Assembly: GCA_030390025.1 (NCBI GenBank)
Contig: JASTWF010000339.1
Location: forward strand, 186,001-250,000
DNA: 64,000 nt
Reading direction: 5' to 3'
Source of the DNA: Squalus acanthias
Lineage: Eukaryota
Part shown: in pieces, positions 37,701-51,741 of the stretch
Numbering within the stretch: position 1 is the first letter of the stretch
Layout of the letters: each line of letters opens with the position of its first letter
The notes under the pieces: generated by a model
Seen by the model: only the letters and a program-made list of their open reading frames with translations
What the model was told of the DNA's origin: nothing
The model's database searches: none
Position numbers and translations under genes: made by a program

Positions 37701-40700
37701 GTCTAGTGTAATATAAACAGAGACAGGGTCTAGTGTAATATAAACAGAGACAGGGTCTAGTGTAATATAAACAGAGACAGGGTCTAGTGTAATATAAACA
37801 GAGACAGGGTCTAGTGTAATATAAACAGAGACAGGGTCTAGTGTAATATAAACAGAGACAGGGTCTAGTGCGATATAAACAGAGACAGGGTCTAGTGTAA
37901 TATAAACAGAGACAGGGTCTAGTGTAATATAAACAGAGACAGGGTCTAGTGTAATATAAACAGAGACAGGGTCTAGTGTAATATAAACAGAGACAGGGTC
38001 TAGTGCGATATAAACAGAGACAGGGTCTAGTGTAATATAAACAGAGACAGGGTCTAGTGTAATACAAACAGAGACAGGGTCTAGTGTAATATAAACAGAG
38101 ACAGGGTCTAGTGTAATAAAAAGAGACAGGGTCTAGTGTAATATAAACAGAGACAGGGTCTAGTGTAATATAAACAGAGACAGGGTCTAGTGTAATATAA
38201 ACAGAGACAGGGTCTAGTGTAATATAAACAGAGACAGGGTCTAGTGTAATATAAGAGAGACAGGGTCTAGTGTAATATAAACAGAGACAGGGTCTAGTGT
38301 AATATAAACAGAGACAGGGTCTAGTGTAATATAAACAGAGACAGGGTCTAGTGTAATATAAACAGAGACAGGGTCTAGTGTAATATAAACAGAGACAGGG
38401 TCTAGTGTAATATAAACAGAGACAGGGTCCAGTGTAATATAAACAGAGACAGGGTCTAGTGTAATATAAACAGAGACAGGGTCTAGTGTAATATAAACAG
38501 AGACAGGGTCCAGTGTAATATAAACAGTGACAGGGTCTAGTGTAATATAAACAGAGACAGGGTCTAGTGTAATATAAACAGAGACAGGGTCGAGTGTAAT
38601 ATAAAGAGAGACAGGGTCTAGTGTAATATAAAGAGAGACAGGGTCTAGTGTAATATAAACAGAGACAGGGTCTAGTGTAATATAAACAGAGACAGGGTCT
38701 AGTGTAATATAAACAGAGACAGGGTCTAGTGTAATATAAACAGAGACAGGGTCTAGTGTAATATAAACAGAGACAGGGTCTAGTGCGATATAAACAGAGA
38801 CAGGGTCTAGTGTAATATAAACAGAGACAGGGTCTAGTGCGATATAAACAGAGACACGGTCTAGTGTAATATAAACAGAGACAGGGTCTAGTGTAATATA
38901 AACAGAGACAGGGTCTAGTGCAATATAAAGAGAAACAGGGTCTAGTATAATATAAACAGAGACAGGGTCTAGTGTAATATAAACAGAGACAGGGTCTAGT
39001 GTAATATAAACAGAGACAGGGTCCTAGTGTAATATAAACAGAGACAGGGTCTAGTGTAATATAAACAGAGACAGGGTCAAGTGCAATATAAAGAGAGACA
39101 GGTCCTATGTGTAATATATACAGAGACAGGGTCTAGTGTAATATAAACAGAGACAGGGTCTAGTGTAATATAAACAGAGACAGGGTCTAGTGTAATATAA
39201 ACAGAGACAGGGTCTAGTGTAATATAAACAGAGACAGGGTCTAGTGTAATATAAACAGAGACAGGGTCGTGTGTAATATAAACAGAGACAGGGTCTAGTG
39301 TAATATAAAGAGAGACAGGGTCTAGTGTAATATAAACAGAGACAGGGTCTAGTGTAATATAAACAGAGACAGGGCCTAGTGTAATAAAAAGAGACAGGGT
39401 CTGGTGTAACATAAACAGAGACAGGGTCTAGTGTAATATAAACAGAGACAGGGTCTAGTGTAATATAAAGAGAGACAGGGTCCAGTGCAATATAAACAGA
39501 GACAGGGTCTAGTGTAATATAAACAGAGACAGGGTCTAGTGTAATATAAACAGAGACAGGGTCTAGTGTAATATAAAGAGAGACAGGGTCTAGTGTAATA
39601 TAAACAGAGACAGGGTCTAGTGTAATATAAACAGAGACAGGGTCTAGTGTAATATAAACAGAGACAGGGTCTAGTGTAATACAAACAGAGACAGGGTCTA
39701 GTGTAATATAAACAGAGACAGGGTCTAGTGTAATATAAACAGAGACAGGGTCTAGTGTAATATAAACAGAGACAGGGTCTAGTGTAATATAAACAGAGAC
39801 AGGGTCTAGTGTAATATAAACAGAGACAGGGTCTAGTGTATATAAACAGAGACAGGGTCTAGTGTAATATAAACAGAGACAGGGTCTAGTGTAATATAAA
39901 CAGAGACAGGGTCTAGTGTAATATAAACAGAGACAGGTCTAGTGTAATATAAACAGAGACAGGGACTAGTGTATATAAACAGAGACAGGGTCTAGTGTAA
40001 TATAAACAGAGACAGGGTCTAGTGTAATATAAACAGTGACAGGGTCTAGTGTAATATAAAGAGAGACAGGGTCTAGTGTAATATAAACAGAGACAGGGTC
40101 TAGTGTAATATAAACAGAGACAGGGTCTAGTGTAATATAAACAGAGACAGGGTCTAGTGTAATATAAACAGAGACAGGGTCTAGTGTAATATAAAGAGAG
40201 ACAGGGTCTAGTGTAATATAAACAGAGACAGGGTCTAGTGTAATATAAACAGAGACAGGCTCTGTGTAATATAAACAGAGACAGGGTCTAGTGTAATATA
40301 AACAGAGACAGGGTCTAGTGTAATATAAAGAGAGACAGGGTCTAGTGTAATATAAACAGAGACAGGGTCTAGTGTAATATAAACAGAGACAGGATCCAGT
40401 GTAATATAAACAGAGACAGGGTCTAGTGTAATATAAACAGAGACAGGGTCTAGTGTAATATAAACAGAGACAGGGTCTAGTGTAATATAAACAGAGACAG
40501 GGTCTAGTGTAATATAAACAGAGACAGGGTCTAGTGTAATATAAAGAGAGACAGGGTCTAGTGTAATATAAAAGAGACAGGGTCTAGTGTAATATAAACA
40601 GAGACAGGGTCTAGTGTAATATAAACAGAGACAGGGTCTAGTGTAATATAAACAGAGACAGGGTCTAGTGTAATATAAACAGAGACAGGGTCTAGTGTAA

Positions 40701-42974
40701 TATAAACAGAGACAGGGTCTAGTGTAATATAAACAGAGACAGGGTCAAGTGTAATATAAACAGAGACAGTGTCTAGTGTAATATAAAGAGAGACAGGGTC
40801 TAGTGTAATATAGAGAGAGACAGGGTCTAGTGTAATATAAACAGAGACAGGGTCTAGTGTAATATAAACAGAGACAGGGTCTAGTGTAATATAACAGAGA
40901 CAGGGTCCAGTGTAATATAAACAGAGACAGGGTCTAGTGTAATATAAACAGAGACAGGGTCCAGTGTAATATAAACAGAGACAGGGTCTAGTGTAATATA
41001 AACAGAGACAGGGTCTAGTGTAATATAAAGAGAGACAGGGTCTAGTGTAATATAAACAGAGACAGGGTCTAGTGTAATATAAACAGAGACAGGGTCTAGT
41101 GTAATATAAACAGAGACAGGGTCTAGTGTAATATAAACAGAGACAGGGTCTAGTGTAATATAAACAGAGACAGGGTCTAGTGTAATATAAACAGAGACAG
41201 GGTCTAGTGTAATATAAACAGAGACAGGGTCTAGTGTAATATAAAAAGAGACAGGGTCTAGTGTAATATAAACAGAGACAGGGTCTAGTGTAATATAAAC
41301 AGAGACAGGGTCTAGTGTAATATAAACAGAGACAGGGTCTAGTGTAATATAAACAGAGACAGGGTCTAGTGTAATATAAACAGAGACAGGGTCTAGTGTA
41401 ATATAAACAGAGACAGGGTCTAGTGCGATATAAACAGAGACAGGGTCTAGTGTAATATAAACAGAGACAGGGTCTAGTGTAATATAAACAGAGACAGGGT
41501 CTAGTGTAATATAAACAGAGACAGGGTCTAGTGTAATATAAACAGAGACAGGGTCTAGTGTAATAAAAACAGAGACAGGGTCGAGTGTAAGTTAAACAGA
41601 GACAGGGTCTAGTGTAATATAAACAGGGACAGGGTCTAGTGTAATATAAACAGAGACAGGGTCTAGTGTAATATAATATTTGACAGGGTGTAGTGTAATA
41701 TAAACAGAGACAGGTTCTAGTGTAATGTAAACAGAGACAGGGCAAGTGTAATATAAACAGAGACAGGTTCTAGTGTAATGTAAACAGAGACAGGGCAAGT
41801 GTAATATAAACAGAAACATGGTCTAGCCATCCCCTATGGACAAGCCCTGCGAATACACAGGATCTGCTCAGAGAGGAGGAACGCGATGGACACCTACGGA
41901 CGCTGAAAAATGCCCTCGTAAGAACGGGATATGACGCTCGACTCATCGATCGACAGTTCCGACGGGCCACAGCGAAAAATCGCATAGACCTCCTCAGAAC
42001 GCAAACACGGGACACAACCAACAGGGTACCCTTCGTCGTCCAGTACTTCCCCGGAGCGGAGAAACTACGCCATGTTCTTCGCAGCCTTCAACATGTCATC
42101 GATGACGACAAACACCTCGCTAAGGCCATCCCCATGCCTCCACTACTTGCCTTCAAACAGCCGCCTAACCTCAGAAGTACCATCGTTCGCAGCAAATTAC
42201 CCAGCTTTCAGGATAACAGCGACCACGACACCACACAACCCTGCCACAGCAAACTCTGCAAGACATGCCAGATCATCAACACAGTTACCATCATCACACG
42301 TGAGGACACTACCCACCAGGTACATGGTACATACTCATGTGACTCGGCCAACGTTGACTACCTCATACGTTGCAGGAAAGAATGCACCGCGGCATGGTAC
42401 ATCGGCGAGACCATGCAGACACTGAGACAACGTATGAACGAGCACCGCGCAACAATCGCCAGGCAGGATTGTTACCTCCCAGTCGGGGAACACTTCAACA
42501 GTCAAGGACATTCAGCCTCGGATCTGCGGGTAAGCGTTCTCCAAGGCGGCCTTAGGAAAACACGACAACGCAAAATCATCGAGCAGAAACTGATAGCCAA
42601 GTTCCGCACTCATGAAGACGGTCTCAATCGGGATCTTGGGTTTATGTCACGATACACGACGTGGTCCGGACTCGAGTCATCATTGGCTTGTTCACAGATG
42701 TGATTCCCAGTAAAAAAGTAAAAATTTTAAAGTTAATCGTTTTACATACAGACGGCAGCTTTTGACACGTTAGACCCCATGCGACTCCACCTCATTGTCT
42801 CAGTTGTATCTTGCTATGTCTTTGATGTGGTACCTTCCTGGCTGACCTGATTAACTTTATCACACCTCGGCAGATAAACAGTCAGGATGATTGAATTTAG
42901 TTGTCTGCAATTGTAAGTTACACATGCATTGTTCTCTATCTATATATGCTTTGACGATTCTGTATCTCCTCACT

Positions 42975-43012
42975 TCACCCGACGAAGGAGTTGTAACTCC
43001 GAAAGCTTGTGA
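42975..43012 (+). ncRNA. Minimal type I hammerhead ribozyme motif, 5' pseudo-LTR
   Basis: TCAC-CCGACGA-A-GGAGTT(GT)AACTCC-GAAA-GCTT-GTGA: stem I TCAC/GTGA, a perfect stem II, and palindromic AAGCTT. Confidence 0.72.
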
Positions 43013-43099
43013 TTTAAAATAAAATTGTTGGACTATAACCTGGTGTTGTGCGACCTCTCAATTTTGTCCACCCCAGTCCAACACCAGCATCTCCGCATC

Positions 43100-45757
43100 A
43101 TGACCACTATCGACACCACAAACTGCCGGCTCAAAGTGGAGAGAATCGCCAAGAAGATCGCGCATATCGACACCGACATCAAGTATCTACAGAGATGCAA
43201 GAAAGCAGACAAGATCCCGAAAGGACTACAGATCACGTCCCACTCAAGTCGACATACAACACAGACTACGCTGAGAGACTCTGCCGTCGTACCTCTCGCA
43301 CACTCCTCAACCATCTCGTACACCAGCTCTACAGCAAACGCCACAACCTCGAAACCAAGATAGAGTCCATGCTCTCAGCCTGTGCTCAGGACACAGCAGA
43401 CCAGTTACGAGACACCGCCAAAGAGACGAGGCAACGGAACTACGCTGCCTACATGCGCATCAAGAACAGGAAGCTTGAGAAACTCGGCATCACCACCAGC
43501 AGCAACCAAGCCTCCCCCGGTACCACGGCTGCAACCACAGGGAAGCCCATCGTCAATTTGTCCGACCATACCCTTCAACCAGACGAAATCGAAGTTCTCG
43601 CCCTAGGGCACAAGTTCTGCCCAACCACCAAAATGGACCCCATCGGTCTCGCGGCAGACACGGAGGAATTCATCAGGAGAATGAGGCTCCGGGAATACTT
43701 CCACAAATCCCAAGATGTCAGCAACAAACCCAATGAGACAATCAATGATCCAGAACAGCAGACAGAGGGACTCGCAGTGCAGGAACCGAAGAAAAAAGAG
43801 TCAAATTGGACCCCTCCGGAGGGTCGCTGCCCCAAGCTTGACATGTATGCTCAAGCTGTCAGGAGATGCATCAACGCCAGATTCATCAGCCGCACTCACA
43901 AGACAGTCCAGAATGTCACCCGAGCACAACGCAACGCCATCCACGCTCTCAAGACCAACAGCAACATCGTCATCAAACCAGCGGACAAAGGAGGAGCCAT
44001 CGTCATACAGAACAGAATGGACTATTGTAAAGAAGCATACCGACAACTGGACAACCAGGAACACTACAGACAGCTACCCGCAGATCCGACCAAAGAACAC
44101 ACCCGCCAACTCAATAGACTGATCAAGACCTTCGATCCAGACCTTCAAAACATCCTACACGCTCTCATCCCACGTACTCCCTGCGTAGGAGACTTCTACT
44201 GCCTCCCAAAGATACACAAAGCCAACACACCCGGACGTCCTATCGTATCAGGCAACAGAACCCTGTGTGAGAACCTCTCTGGATAGGTCGAGGGCATTCT
44301 GAAACCCATCGTACAGGGAACCCCCAGCTTCTGTCGCGACACTACAGACTTCTTACAGAAACTCAGCACCCACGGACCAGTTGAACCAGGAACACTCCTC
44401 GCCACGATGGACGTATCGGCACTCTACACCAGTATCCCCCACGACGACGGCATCGCTGCGACAGCCTCAGTACTCAACACCAACAACAGCCAATCTCCAG
44501 ACGCCATCCTACAACTCATCCGCTTCATCCTAGACCACAATGTCTTCACCTTCGACAACCATTTTTTTACCCAAACACACGGAACAGCCATGGGGACCAA
44601 ATTCGCACCCCAATACGCCAACATCTTCATGCACAAGTTCGAGCAAGACTTCTTCACTGCACAGGACCTCCAGCCAACGCTGTGCACCAGATACATCGAC
44701 GACATTTTCTTCCTTTGGACCCATGGCGAAGGATCACTGAAAAGACTACACGATAACATAAACAAGTTCCATCCCACCATCAAACTCACCATGGACTACT
44801 CCTCAGAATCGGTTTCATTCCTGGACACACGAATCTCCATCAAAGACGGACACCTCAGCACTTCACTCTACCGCAAGCCCACGGACAACCTCACGATGCT
44901 CCACTTCTCCAGCTTCCACCCTAACCACGTTAAAGAAGCCATCCCCTATGGACAAGCCCTGCGAATACACAGGATCTGCTCAGACGAGGAGGAACGCGAT
45001 GGACACCTACGGATGCTGAAAAACGCCCTCGTAAGAACGGGATATGACGCTCGACTCATCGATCGACAGTTCCGACGGGCCACAGCGAAAAATCGCATAG
45101 ACCTCCTCAGAAGGCAAACACGGGACACAACCAACAGGGTACCCTACGTCGTCCAGTACTTTCCCGGAGCGGAGAAACTACGCCATGTTCTTCGCAGCCT
45201 TCAACATGTCATCGATGACAACAAACACCTCGCTAAGGCCATCCCCACGCCTCCACTACTTGCCTTCAAACAGCCGCCTAACCTCAGAAGTACCATCGTT
45301 CACAGCAAATTACCCAGCTTTCAGGATAACAGCGACCATGACACCACACAACCCTGCCACGGCAAACTCTGCAAGACATGCCAGATCATCAACACAGATA
45401 CCATCATCACACGTGAGGACACTACCCACCAGGTACATGGTACATACTCATGTGACTCGGCCAACATTGTCTACCTCATACGTTGCAGGAAAGAATGCAC
45501 CGCGGCATGGTACATCGGCGAGACCATGCAGACACTGAGACAACGTATGAACGAGCACCGCGCAACAATCGCCAGTCGGGGAACACTTCAGCAGTCAAGG
45601 ACATTCAGCCTCGGATCTGCGGGTAAGCGTTCTCCAAGGCGGCCTTAGGAAAATACGACAACGCAAAATCATTGAGCAGAAACTGATAGCCAAGTCCCGC
45701 ACTCATGAAGACGGTCTCAATCGGGATCTTGGGTTTATGTCACGATACACGACGTGA
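43100..45757 (+). pseudogene. PLE RT/GIY-YIG ORF with three lesions
   Basis: ATG at 43100. Motifs IKPADKGG, LPKIHK, MDVSALYTSI, GTAMGT, RYIDD, CHGKLCKTC and WYIGET. Lesions: frameshift near 43235, TAG at 44284-44286, and a deletion of about 20 nt near 45573 relative to the 5' repeat. Confidence 0.9.
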
Positions 45758-46067
45758 TCCGGAATCGAGTCGTCGTTGGTTTGTTCACAGATGTGATTCC
45801 CAGTAAAAAAGTAAAAATTTTAAAGTTAATCGTTTTACATACAGACGGCAGCTTTTGACACGTTAGACCCCATGCGACTCCACCTCATTGTCTCAGTTGT
45901 ATCTTGCTATGTCTTTGATGTGGTACCTTCCTGGCTGACCTGATTAACTTTATCACACCTCGGCAGATAAACAGTCAGGATGATTGAATTTAGTTGTCTG
46001 CAATTGTAAGTTACACATGCATTGTTCTGTATCTATATATGCTTTGACGATTCTGTATCTCCTCACT

Positions 46068-46105
46068 TCACCCGACAAAGGAGTTGTAACTCCGAAAGCT
46101 TGTGA
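46068..46105 (+). ncRNA. Hammerhead motif in the 3' pseudo-LTR, core mutated
   Basis: Same as 42975-43012 except the core reads CCGACAA (G8 to A). Confidence 0.6.
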
Positions 46106-48559
46106 TTTAAAATACAACTGTTGGACTATAACCTGGTGTTGTGCGACCTCTCAATCTAGTGTAAAATAAACAGAGACAGGGTCTTGTGTATTATAAACAG
46201 AACAGTTTCTAGTGTAATATAAACAGAACAGGGTCTAGTGTAATATAAAGAGAGACAGGGTCTATTGTAATATAAACAGACACAGGGTCTAGTGTAATAT
46301 AAACAGAGACAGGGTCTAGTGTAATATAAACTGAGACAGGGCAAGTGTAATATAAACAGAGACAGGGTCTAGTGTAGTATAAACAGAGACAGGGCCTAGT
46401 GTAATATAAACAGAGACTGGGTCTCGTGTAATATAAACAGAGACAGGGTCTACTGTAATATAAACAGAGACTGCGTCTAGTGTAATGTAAACAGAGACTG
46501 CGTCTAGTGTAATATAAACAGAGACAGGGTCTAGTGTAATATAAACAGAGACAGGGTCTAGTGTAATATAAAGAGAGAAAGGGTCTAGTGTAATATAAAC
46601 AGAGACAGCTTCTAGTGTAATATAAACAGAGACAGGGTCGAGTGTACTATAAACAGAGACAGGGCCTAGTGTAATATAAACAGAGACATGGTCTAGTGTA
46701 AAATAAACAGAGATATGGTTTAGTGTAATATAAACACAGACAGGTCCTAGTGTAATAAAAACAGAGACAGGGTCTAGTGTAATATAAACAGAGACAGGGT
46801 CGAGTGTAATAAAAACAGAGACAGGGTCGAGTGCAAGTTAAACAGAGACAGGGTCTAGTGTAATATAATGTTTGACAGGGTGTAGTGTAATATAAACAGA
46901 GACAGGGTCTAGTGTAATATAAACAGAGACAGGGTCTAGTGTCAAATAAACAGAGACAGGGTCGAGTGTAACATAAACAGAGACAGGGTCTAGTGTAATA
47001 TAAAGAGAGACAGGGTCGAGTGTAATATAAACAGAGACAGGGTCTAGTGTAATATAAACAGAGACAGGGTCTAGTGTAATATAAACAGAGACAGGGTCTA
47101 GTGTAATATAAACAGAGACAGGGTCGAGTGTAATATAAACAGAGACAGGGTCTAGTGTAATATAAACAGAGACAGGGTCTAGTGTAATATAAACAGAGAC
47201 AGGGTCTAGTGTAATATAAACAGAGACAGGGTCTAGTGTAATATAAACAGAGACAGGGTCTAGTGTATTATAAAGAGAGACACGGTCTAGTGTAATATAA
47301 ACAGAGACAGGGTCTAGTGTAATATAAACAGAGACAGGGTCTAGTGTAATACAAACAGAGACAGGGTCTAGTGTAATATAAACAGAGACAGGGTCTAGTG
47401 TAATATAAAGAGAGACAGGGTCTAGTGTAATATAAACAGAGACAGGGTCTAGTGTAATATAAAGAGAGACAGGGTCTAGTGTAATATAAACAGAGACAGG
47501 GTCTAGTGCGATATAAACAGAGACAGGGTCGAGTGCGATATAAACAGAGATAGGGTCTAGTGTGATATAAACAGAGACAGGGTCTAGTGTAACATAAACA
47601 GAGACAGGGTCTGGTGTAATATAAACAGAGACAGGGTCTGGTGTAATATAAACAGAGACAGGGTGTAGTGCGATATAAACAGAGACAGGGTGTAGTGCGA
47701 TATAAACAGAGACAGGGTGTAGTGCGATATAAACAGAGACAGGGTCTAGTGCGATATAAACAGAGATAGGGTCTAGTGCGATATAAACAGAGATAGGGTC
47801 TAGTGTAATACAAACAGAGACAGGGTCTAGTGTAATATAAACAGAGACAGGGTCTAGTGTAATATAATGTTTGACAGGGTGTAGTGTAATATAAACAGAG
47901 ACAGGGTCTAGTGTAATATAAAGAGAGACAGGGTCTAGTGTAATATAAACAGAGACAGGGTCTAGTGTAATATAAAGAGAGACAGGGTCTAGTGTAATAT
48001 AAAGAGAGACAGGGTCTGGTGTAATATAAACAAAGACAGGGTCTAGTGTAATATAAACAGAGACAGGTTCCAGTGTAATACAAACAGAGACAGGGTCTAG
48101 TGTAATATAAACAGAGACAGGGTCTAGTGTAATATAAAGAGAGACAGGGTCTAGTGTAATATAAACAGAGACACGGTCTAGTGTAATATAAACAGAGACA
48201 GGGTCTAGTGTAATATAAACAGAGACAGGGTCTAGTGTAATATAAACAGAGACAGGGTCTAGTGTAATACAAACAGTGACAGGGTCCAGTGTAATATAAA
48301 CAGAGACAGGGTCGAGTGTAATACAAACAGAGACAGGGTCGAGTGTAATATAAACAGAGACAGGGTCTAGTGTAATACAAACAGAGACAGGGTCTAGTGT
48401 AATATAAACAGAGACAGGGTCTAGTGTAAAATAAACAGTGACAGGGTCCAGTGTAATATAAACAGAGGCAGGGTCTAGTGTAATACAAACAGAGACAGGG
48501 TCTAGTGTAATATAAACAGAGAGAGGGTCAAGTGTAATATATACAGAGACAGGGATTAT

Positions 48560-49278
48560 CTGGGTTGCACAAACAGAGAGACCTAGGGGTTTCTGTGCAC
48601 AAATCCTTGAAGGTGGCATGGCAGGTTGTGAAAGCAGTTAAAATGCTTACGGGATCCTGGACTTAATAAATAGAGGTATAGAGTACAAAAGTGTGGAAAT
48701 GATGATGAAACACTGGTTCGGCCCCAACTGGAGTAGTGTGTCCAATTCTGGGCACCACACTTCAGGAAGGAGGTGAAGGCCTTAGAGAAGGTCCAGAAAA
48801 GATTTACAAGAATGGTTCCAGGGATGAGGGACTTCAGTTTCGTGGATAGACTGCAGAAGCTGGGGTTGTTCTCCTTGGAGCAGAGAAGATTGAGAGGAGA
48901 TTTGATAGGAGGTGTTTAAAATCATGGAGGTGTCTGGACAGAATAGATAGAGAGAAACTGTTCCCATTGGCGGAAGGGTCGAGAACCAGAGGACACAGAT
49001 TTGAGGTGATTGGCAGAAGAACCAAAGGTGACATGAGGAAAAACCTTTTACGCAGTGAGTGGTTAGGATCGGGAATGCACTGCCTGAAAGGGTGGTGGAG
49101 GCAGATTCAATCGTGGCTTTCAAAAGGGAATTGGATGAGTATCTGAAGGACAAAAATTTGCAGGGCTACGAGGGAAGGGTGGGGGAGTGGGACTAGCTGA
49201 AGTGTTCTTGCAGAGAGCCGGCACGGGCTCAACGGGCCGAATGGCCACATTCTGTGCTGTAACCATTCTATGATTCTA
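48560..49278 (+). mobile_element. CR1 LINE 3' end, same insertion as 15260-15975, cut off by the satellite
   Basis: Shares the 3' junction ATTCTATGATTCTACGAACACGTTAA with arm A. Confidence 0.9.
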
Positions 49279-49898
49279 CGAACACGTTAAACCTTCACAG
49301 AATAATTACCAGTCATTTTTAGACTGGAAACTTAACCCTGCCGTTTCACTTTCAGTCAGGAACAGATCGCAGTTTGACACCAATCTCTGATTTGACAGCA
49401 CGTTTCCAGCATTCACCGTTGTTCTTCCTGATTCTAAACACAGTTGTAAAGGAGCCTTCTGTTCCGTGCCCAGGAGCTGTGACCCATGGGAGAGAGCGGC
49501 TGGGACACATTCCTTACAGGCCTCGAGATTAACCTGCACGGGGACATTGCTGTCAGTGAAGAGAGACGAGAAAGACCAAAGTGCCATTTGCCCCTCTCAG
49601 TGTGGCCCTGAAGGACTGTGTCCAGGCTGTAGTTCTGTTCCCGCCGTACGATCCTCCCCCCAGATTGTCCTTTCTGAGCTCCAGCCAGGTGATGCTAAAC
49701 ACTCAGGTGGGAACGACAAAAATCTACCACAATGTGTTTAAAGCAAAGCTGATTTATTTGACGTATATCCAGAATATTAATAACCCCTGTAACTGGGCTG
49801 GAGTTTAACATCAGCAGAAACAAACCCCAACTGTCAATGTGAACACGATTCAGGATGTAATTAATAACAGCAAAAACATCAGAATCCAACCTCTGCAG

Positions 49899-50934
49899 TC
49901 ACTTGTGAACTCGCTGGTGTGTCAGCAGGCTGGATGACCGAGTGAATCCCTTCCCACACACGGAGCAGGTGAACGGCCTCTCTCCAGTGTGAACTCGCTG
50001 GTGTTCCAACAGATCCTTTTTGCTTTTAAATCTCTTCTCACAGTCAGAACATTTAAAAGGTCTCTTAGCAGTGTGAACTCGCTGGTGTATCAGTCGGTGG
50101 GATGACTGAGTGAATCCCTTTCCACACTCAGAGCAGGTGAACGGTCTCTCCCCAGTGTGAGTGCGCTGGTGTACAGTGAGGTCAGACGATCGCCTGAACC
50201 CAGCCCCGCAGTGAGAGCACCTGAACGGTTTCTCGTCAGTGTGAACACGTTGATGGCGCGTCAGTTCCCCGGAACATTTAAAGCACTTCCTGCAGTCCGG
50301 GCAGTTAAAAGGTTTGTCGTCAGTGTGAACTCGCTGGTGCTGCAGCAGGTGGGATGACTGAGTGAATCCCTTGCCACACTCAGAGCAGGTGAACGGCCTC
50401 TCTCCGGTGTGAACTCGCTGGTGTGTCAGCAGGGTGGATAAACGCCTGAATCTCTTCCCACACTTGGAGCAGGTGAACGGCCTCTCCCCGGTGTGAAGTC
50501 GCTGGTGTGTCAGCAGGGTGGATGAACACCTGAATCCCTTCCCACACTCGGAGCAGGTGAACGGCCTCTCCCCGGTGTGAACTCGCTGGTGTGTCAGCAG
50601 GCTGGATGAACACCTGAATCTCTTCCCACACTCAGAGCAGGTGAACGGCCTCTCTCCAGTGTGAACGCACTGGTGTTCCAGCAGTTGGGATGAACACGAA
50701 TCCCTTGCCACACTCTGAGCAGGTGAACGGCCTCTCCCCAGTGTGAACTCACCGGTGCTGCAGCAGGTTGCATGACTGAGTGAATCCCTTCCCACACTCG
50801 GAGCAGGTGAACGCCCTCTCCCCAGTGTGACTGTGCTTGTGTCTCGACAGGTCAGAGGATCGGCTGAAGCCTCGTCCACACACAGAACACATGTACGGTT
50901 TCTCCACGCTCTGAACGGTGCTTTCTGCTTCCAT
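49899..50934 (-). pseudogene. C2H2 ZNF copy A' (12 fingers), nonsense plus frameshift
   Basis: Exon begins at 51028 after the acceptor; ATG at 50934 ([12 protein letters not shown]). TGA at 50751-50749 falls in finger 2 and a 2-nt deletion near 50697 falls in finger 3. The remaining fingers are open to 49899. Confidence 0.88.
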
Positions 50935-51304
50935 GTTCAAAGGTCCTGATGAATCAAGTGACTCTGTCAGATCCTGAAGTGATGTTTGGTTTGAGCTTCC
51001 CGTCTGCAAATCCTCCTCTTCTAACACCCTGTAAAATGAATTTAAAACAGGAAAAAGGGAGGTGAGAGAGAACCCACAAAAACACAAAGGCAGGTTGTGA
51101 AATTGAGCTGAATGAATCTGGGAATTTGTGGGGCCGGCACTAGAAAAAAGTGACCATGAAAGCTGCCGGATTGTCGTAAAAACCCAACTGGTTCACTAAT
51201 GTCCTTCAGGGAAGGGAACCCGCCACCCAGTCTGGGCCTACACAAGACCCTGGCCTCTATGGGAGGCGAGAGAGCGAGGTGGGAGGGGAGGGGTGAAGGA
51301 GAGC

Positions 51305-51650
51305 GACTTTATACATCTGCAACTCGACTAGAACTTTGACAGCACCTCCCAAACACGTGACCTCCACCACCGAGAAGGACAAGGGCAGCAGGTGCATGGG
51401 AACACCATCACCTCCCAGTTCCCCTCCAAGTCACACACTATCCTGACTTGGGCATATATCGCCGTTCCTACACCGTCACTGGGTGAAAATCCTGGAACTC
51501 CTCACCTAACAGCATTCTGAGAGTACCTTCACCACACGGACTGCAGAGGTTCAAGAAGAAGGCCCAGCATCACCTTCTCAATGGGCAACTGGGGACTGGC
51601 AATATATGCTGGCCTTGCTCGTGACACCCACATCGAATGAATTTAAAAAA
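51305..51650 (+). mobile_element. LINE 3' fragment, paralog of 12800-13130
   Basis: Reverse complement of the intronic fragment in arm A. Confidence 0.85.
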
Positions 51651-51741
51651 TCTGTACATATAAAATGGATTGAAAGCCTCTACAGAAATACTTGTTCCTA
51701 AAACGATAATCTTTTACACTGTACGGACAGTGTCTGTTTGC

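Larger units (their letters stand above)
41826..46155 (+). mobile_element. Penelope-like element (Neptune-type) with direct pseudo-LTRs, near full length
   Basis: 41826-43062 is repeated at 44938-46155. An RT plus GIY-YIG ORF lies between and overlaps them. Satellite flanks both sides, with TCTAG at each junction. Confidence 0.96.
34710..48555 (-). repeat. 27-bp satellite, reverse orientation, interrupted by the PLE
   Basis: GTCTAGTGTAATATAAACAGAGACAGG in tandem at 34710-41825 and 46156-48555. Confidence 0.98.

Noticed and set aside
48545..48590. Origin of the 27-bp satellite from the adjacent CR1 sequence (AAACAGAGAGACCTAG)
   Set aside because: The similarity is short and gapped. At most it is junction microhomology.
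23945..48619. Long ORFs of ITLDPVSVY / YYTRPCLCL repeats (up to 723 aa)
   Set aside because: They result from a 27-bp unit with stop-free frames. The frames shift freely and there is no gene structure.
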